The position numbers were made by a program, and so were the translations under genes. A DNA stretch of 64,000 nucleotides from Sedimentisphaerales bacterium (GTDB taxonomy: Bacteria; Planctomycetota; Phycisphaerae; Sedimentisphaerales; SM23-30), in contig CAXXFK010000007.1 of the NCBI GenBank assembly GCA_963663965.2, positions 96,001-160,000 of the forward strand. Reading direction: 5' to 3'. The notes beneath the pieces are model-generated. The model was not told where the DNA came from. It worked only from the letters and a program-made list of their open reading frames with translations, and searched no databases. Within the stretch, counting starts at the first letter, position 1; each line of letters begins with the position of its first letter. This document shows positions 60,163-64,000 of the stretch, piece by piece.

Positions 60163-61113
60163 ATGACTATAAAAATCCTGTCTCAGGCGATTACGGATGA
60201 ACTCGAGCGGGTTCGCCATACAATTGAAAGCCAGTTGCAAAGCGGCATTTCTGAAGTGGATGATATGCTCAAATTACTCCTGAATTATCAGGGGAAAATG
60301 CTGAGGCCGATGCTGGTTATATTATCGGGCCGAATGGCTGGGCCGATTATTGAAGGGCAGATCAAGCTGGGCGCAGCAATCGAGATGATCCATTTGGCAA
60401 CCCTGTTGCACGATGATGTGCTGGATGACGCCGACCGGCGGCGTGGAAAGCCCTCCATCAACCATTTGCAGGGTAATGAGGCGGCAGTTTTACTGGGTGA
60501 CTTATTGTTGAGTCAGGCGTTTTATTTGAGCGTTGAGATTGGTTCACTCGAATTATTGGGATATGTATCCAGGACGACACAGTTAATCTGTGAGGGGGAG
60601 TTGTCCCAGGTGTTGCGCCGGGGGGATTATAATTTGGAGGAAGAAGAATATTTCAGAATTATCGCCGGGAAAACTGCCAGCTTGATGCAGTGTTGCTGTA
60701 TTCAGGGAGTCAAGCTGGGGCAGGGTAATCCGGATATTTGCCAGGCGGCAGAACAATTTGGATATAATCTGGGAGTGGCTTTCCAGATTATGGATGATAT
60801 TAAGGATATTGATAATGGCCAGGCGAGTTTTATTTCCAAGACACTGGGGACTGATATGGCCAAAGAGAAAATGACTCTGCCGTTGATTCATTATCTTATG
60901 CGCAGCGATTCCGCTACGCGAGATCAGGTACGTGATCTGCTTCGTACTGGTGACCAATCAAGTCGCCACCAACTGGCTGATCGTCTGGAACAATTTGGAA
61001 GTGTACAATATGCGCGTGACCGGGCCCGGGATTATATTGATCTTGCCAAGGCTGCGATCCGTCATCTTAACGATAGTGATGGATTGTGCCTGTTGGCCGA
61101 CAGTATCCTTTGA
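60163..61113 (+). CDS. Polyprenyl diphosphate synthase (IspB/HepT-like)
   Basis: GKMLRP, LLHDDVLDDADRRRG (FARM), KTASL, FQIMDDIKD (SARM). Confidence 0.93.
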   Translation: MTIKILSQAITDELERVRHTIESQLQSGISEVDDMLKLLLNYQGKMLRPMLVILSGRMAGPIIEGQIKLGAAIEMIHLATLLHDDVLDDADRRRGKPSINHLQGNEAAVLLGDLLLSQAFYLSVEIGSLELLGYVSRTTQLICEGELSQVLRRGDYNLEEEEYFRIIAGKTASLMQCCCIQGVKLGQGNPDICQAAEQFGYNLGVAFQIMDDIKDIDNGQASFISKTLGTDMAKEKMTLPLIHYLMRSDSATRDQVRDLLRTGDQSSRHQLADRLEQFGSVQYARDRARDYIDLAKAAIRHLNDSDGLCLLADSIL

Positions 61114-61117
61114 TTCT

Positions 61118-63481
61118 TTATGGGGCCAAACGCTTTAAAGCATTTTGAGCGAATTGCTGCTCTTTTAATGACAGGCGCGGAACGATAATTGAATCTGAAC
61201 CGTGCATCAGTCTTTGCTGTTCCTGATATAACGACTCGATGTGTAATGCCTTTTGATATAAAGTAATCGCGGATTCTATCTGGCCGGTTTTCTCATACCA
61301 TTCTGCGAGTTTAACCATCAAATCGCTACGGATCGGATTGAGTTGTAAGGTTGTGCAAAGATAACATATGGCCTTGTTCTGGAGGGCGCTGTCTTCAGGC
61401 CTGACTTTCGCGGCGCGATCAAATATATCGGCCAGTAACGATGGATAACGAAAGTGGAATGGGTCTCGATCCTGTGCGGCCAGGCAATAATGTTCGGTTT
61501 TATCCAGGCCTTGAAGATCATGATTGTTTTGCCAGAGCTGGGCTTCGACCTGAGCAGCGATTAACAAACCGCTCGGATCGATTGGGTTCTGGTTCGCGCC
61601 GTTGATTGCCAGATCTAGCGCATCTTTCATAATCGCTTCTATTGGTTTTTCGGGAGCCTGGATCGCCAATTGTCCCAGCAGCACGCGGGCCTGACTCAGG
61701 CTTGTTTCTGATTTCCAGACCGGGATAAAAAGGAACAGCCAGTAACACCCGGCAAGAACTAAACCGGCAATGACTACCGGCTTCGCCGGTCCGTTGAAAG
61801 TCGATTGGAGTGGTTGGGTTGTTTTCTGCTTTTCGGCTATCAATGTTGCGCAAAGCATGAAGAATGTCGACAAAACGCCCGGTTGGAAAAATGCAAAATC
61901 TATCGTATTGTGCAGTAAAAAACCAGCCAGACCACATGAAATAAAACGCAGAATTACATTTTCTTTTGAATCAGCGCTTATACGGTCGGTTTCCTGACCC
62001 CCGAAGAAAGCGATTGCCAATCCGGTCAACCATACGATTCCCGGAACAATCAGCATGATTAAAATTACGCTGTCTTTGGATGAAGGATCCAGTGGCCCAA
62101 AATTACTGCATAAGTAGCGAATCCCAATAATTGTTGCCGTTGCCAGTATCAGGCCGGGCCAGATTTGAAGTCTGGTTAAAAGAGCTTCTTGGCGCACTTG
62201 ATTTTTGGGTTGGTTTTCATCGGGGCGAATAACTTTGATGGTGACAAGCAAAATTCCAGAAATTAATCCGGCCAGGCCCAGAATGCCCCATTGGCTCCAG
62301 ACCGATAATGGCAGAGAATGGGGATCCCGGATGACTTCAGAAGCGGCGGGATTCATATAACGCGGATAGTAATGGCCAAAATTTTCCGGGCCAACTCCAA
62401 AGAACCAGTGATCGGCAATCATGCCGGCTGTTGCACGCCAGTATTGCCAGCGGACCCAAAGAGAATTCCCGGGCAGGCGATTATGTAGTGTTCCATAAAT
62501 AATGATTATGGCGATACCGATGACAACAATGCCCAAGGCTACCGATAGAGCCATTTTCCAGTGTGGAACCAATCGTTTACGGAATATTTCGATTATCACT
62601 AATAAAAGAACCGCAGCTGAGAGCCCCAGGATGCCGCCATTACTTTGGGTAATCCACAAACCATACATCTGAAAGATCAGAACCAGTCCCCCCAGAATGC
62701 ACATTGTGGCATAAGAAGGCTCGTTGCGGATTTTTGTGCGTCCGGTTCGAATTAATCCGGCGAAAAGCGCGGTTCCAGCGGTGATCGATAAGATAAAAAA
62801 TGAGGCTGCGGTATTGCTTACATTAAAAAAGCCCCCGATATCCTGACTGCGCACCCGACTGAGAAATTGATGGGCTTTTAAGCTGCCCGGTTCAATCCCG
62901 TGTTTAGTTAAATAGGCATCCGGGTCTTTTTCGATCTCCTGTACTGTCTGGGGAATATCCCAATGTGCTTGTTCGTAACAGCGCCAGGTTAAGGCGATGC
63001 CGGTCGCGGCAATGGCGGCCAATACAAAACGGCGTTTCCAGCCCTGGTCGAGCCATTGAATCAGTTCCATGGCCCAGATCATCGGGCTCAGCCAGTTCAA
63101 GCCGCCCACTAGAGCAAGGTATTTGTCCGATGCCTGGGTGAGTGATAGGGCGAAACCTAAGACCAGTAAAAAAAGTGGTATTGTCAGCCAGGTAGATTTT
63201 CGATAGTTTGGGCAAGTCTGGGTTCGTATCGTAAAACTGATGGCAGCGATACTTAATAATATCCCGTTAAAGGCCAGCATTGCGGTAATTTCAGCAGTGC
63301 CGATCATCGCTCCACCAGAGAGCAAGTCGGCGGTTAAACCCATCGGAAACGATTCACCACACTGAGCCCGACCGGCAACCAGTATAATTCCGAACAGCAT
63401 AAGAAGATTTCGAATGCGATCCGTAACCGTATGTTGCCGGCTGGAAGGCAAATCAGATGACGGCTTGTTAATCGAATTCAT
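61118..63481 (-). CDS. O-antigen ligase-like (Wzy_C) membrane protein with C-terminal TPR region
   Basis: Many TMs; SLWVRWQYW, GVGPENFG..Y, DPHS, GFLLHNTIDF; helical C-terminus. Confidence 0.82.
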   Translation of the reverse strand: MNSINKPSSDLPSSRQHTVTDRIRNLLMLFGIILVAGRAQCGESFPMGLTADLLSGGAMIGTAEITAMLAFNGILLSIAAISFTIRTQTCPNYRKSTWLTIPLFLLVLGFALSLTQASDKYLALVGGLNWLSPMIWAMELIQWLDQGWKRRFVLAAIAATGIALTWRCYEQAHWDIPQTVQEIEKDPDAYLTKHGIEPGSLKAHQFLSRVRSQDIGGFFNVSNTAASFFILSITAGTALFAGLIRTGRTKIRNEPSYATMCILGGLVLIFQMYGLWITQSNGGILGLSAAVLLLVIIEIFRKRLVPHWKMALSVALGIVVIGIAIIIIYGTLHNRLPGNSLWVRWQYWRATAGMIADHWFFGVGPENFGHYYPRYMNPAASEVIRDPHSLPLSVWSQWGILGLAGLISGILLVTIKVIRPDENQPKNQVRQEALLTRLQIWPGLILATATIIGIRYLCSNFGPLDPSSKDSVILIMLIVPGIVWLTGLAIAFFGGQETDRISADSKENVILRFISCGLAGFLLHNTIDFAFFQPGVLSTFFMLCATLIAEKQKTTQPLQSTFNGPAKPVVIAGLVLAGCYWLFLFIPVWKSETSLSQARVLLGQLAIQAPEKPIEAIMKDALDLAINGANQNPIDPSGLLIAAQVEAQLWQNNHDLQGLDKTEHYCLAAQDRDPFHFRYPSLLADIFDRAAKVRPEDSALQNKAICYLCTTLQLNPIRSDLMVKLAEWYEKTGQIESAITLYQKALHIESLYQEQQRLMHGSDSIIVPRLSLKEQQFAQNALKRLAP

Positions 63482-64000
63482 TAGAATGAATTATGTTGTT
63501 TGAACAAGGGCGTATCGAGCGATTTAATGTAGTTGGTCCAGGAAGACATATTGCTGTCGTTTTTGATTTCGGTCAGAGTCAGCGCCATTTTTGAATCAAG
63601 ATTATCGAGAAAATGGACCATATAGGCTTCGGGGGTGGCGGGCAATATGGGGCAGCCGAACTCGCGTATCCCATGGTGGGAAACGATGATATGAATCAGG
63701 CAATCGGCCAGAGTGCGCGGGAAGCGCTCGGTTTTTTCATCGTTGAGCTGTTTGACTTTTTCTTCGATCATGATGGCGCCCTTGACGAGGTGGCCCATGA
63801 GTCGGCCCTGATCGCTGTATTTGAAGCTGATATCAAAGTCCAGTTCATTCGTTTTTCCGATGTCGTGCAGGAACAAGCCGGTCAGCACCAGGTCGCCGTT
63901 GATTTCGGGATAGAGCGGGATGATACGCTGGCCGAGTTCAAGAAGGGTCAGGGTGTGTTCCAGCAAGCCGCCGATATAGGCGTGGTGGAGGGCGATTGCC
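63481..64000 (-). CDS. HD-domain 3'-5' exoribonuclease YhaM-like (5' end outside window)
   Basis: LHHAYIGGLLEHT, LHDIGK, GRLMGH, HIIVSHHG, EA..VHFLDNLD. Confidence 0.88.
   Translation of the reverse strand, partial: AIALHHAYIGGLLEHTLTLLELGQRIIPLYPEINGDLVLTGLFLHDIGKTNELDFDISFKYSDQGRLMGHLVKGAIMIEEKVKQLNDEKTERFPRTLADCLIHIIVSHHGIREFGCPILPATPEAYMVHFLDNLDSKMALTLTEIKNDSNMSSWTNYIKSLDTPLFKQHNSF

Noticed and set aside
59602..60240. 212-aa minus-strand ORF
   Set aside because: Antisense to ilvE and the polyprenyl synthase
1..64000. CRISPR arrays, tRNA/rRNA genes, IS elements, prophage genes
   Set aside because: No regularly spaced direct repeats, cloverleaf signatures, transposase/integrase motifs or phage genes seen by eye

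Overview
Chromosomal window from a planctomycete. The lineage is most consistent with Phycisphaerae/Sedimentisphaerales, inferred from a prepilin/H-X9-DG-type protein, a C-terminal dockerin-like module and planctomycete-type conserved hypotheticals. It opens with three parS sites and parB, which suggests an origin-proximal position. Housekeeping genes include aspS, glgP, hemL, lon, lysS, lolCDE-like genes, ilvE, a polyprenyl synthase and a partial yhaM-like gene. Accessory genes include a TetR-TolC-MFP-RND efflux operon followed by a ThiF/MoeB enzyme, several CAZymes (alginate-lyase family, GH97, PL10, GH50-like), a TonB-dependent receptor, a putative porin, cheD-cheX, two STAS proteins, a ~1720-aa TPR/C39-like peptidase and a secreted nine-heme cytochrome c with Ig-like and dockerin-like modules. 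I saw no rRNA, tRNA, CRISPR array, transposase or integrase. The most notable observations are: (i) an RND pump lacking the canonical proton-relay residues and carrying Asp residues at new positions; (ii) the multiheme cytochrome-dockerin fusion; (iii) a dispersed 25-bp TAA-N19-TTA intergenic element with a linked AAAC(A/G)AA(C/G)C(C/A)AA motif; (iv) the giant TPR-peptidase; (v) sigma28-like promoters shared by the TonB receptor and cheD. All family calls come from reading motifs by eye, not from database searches.
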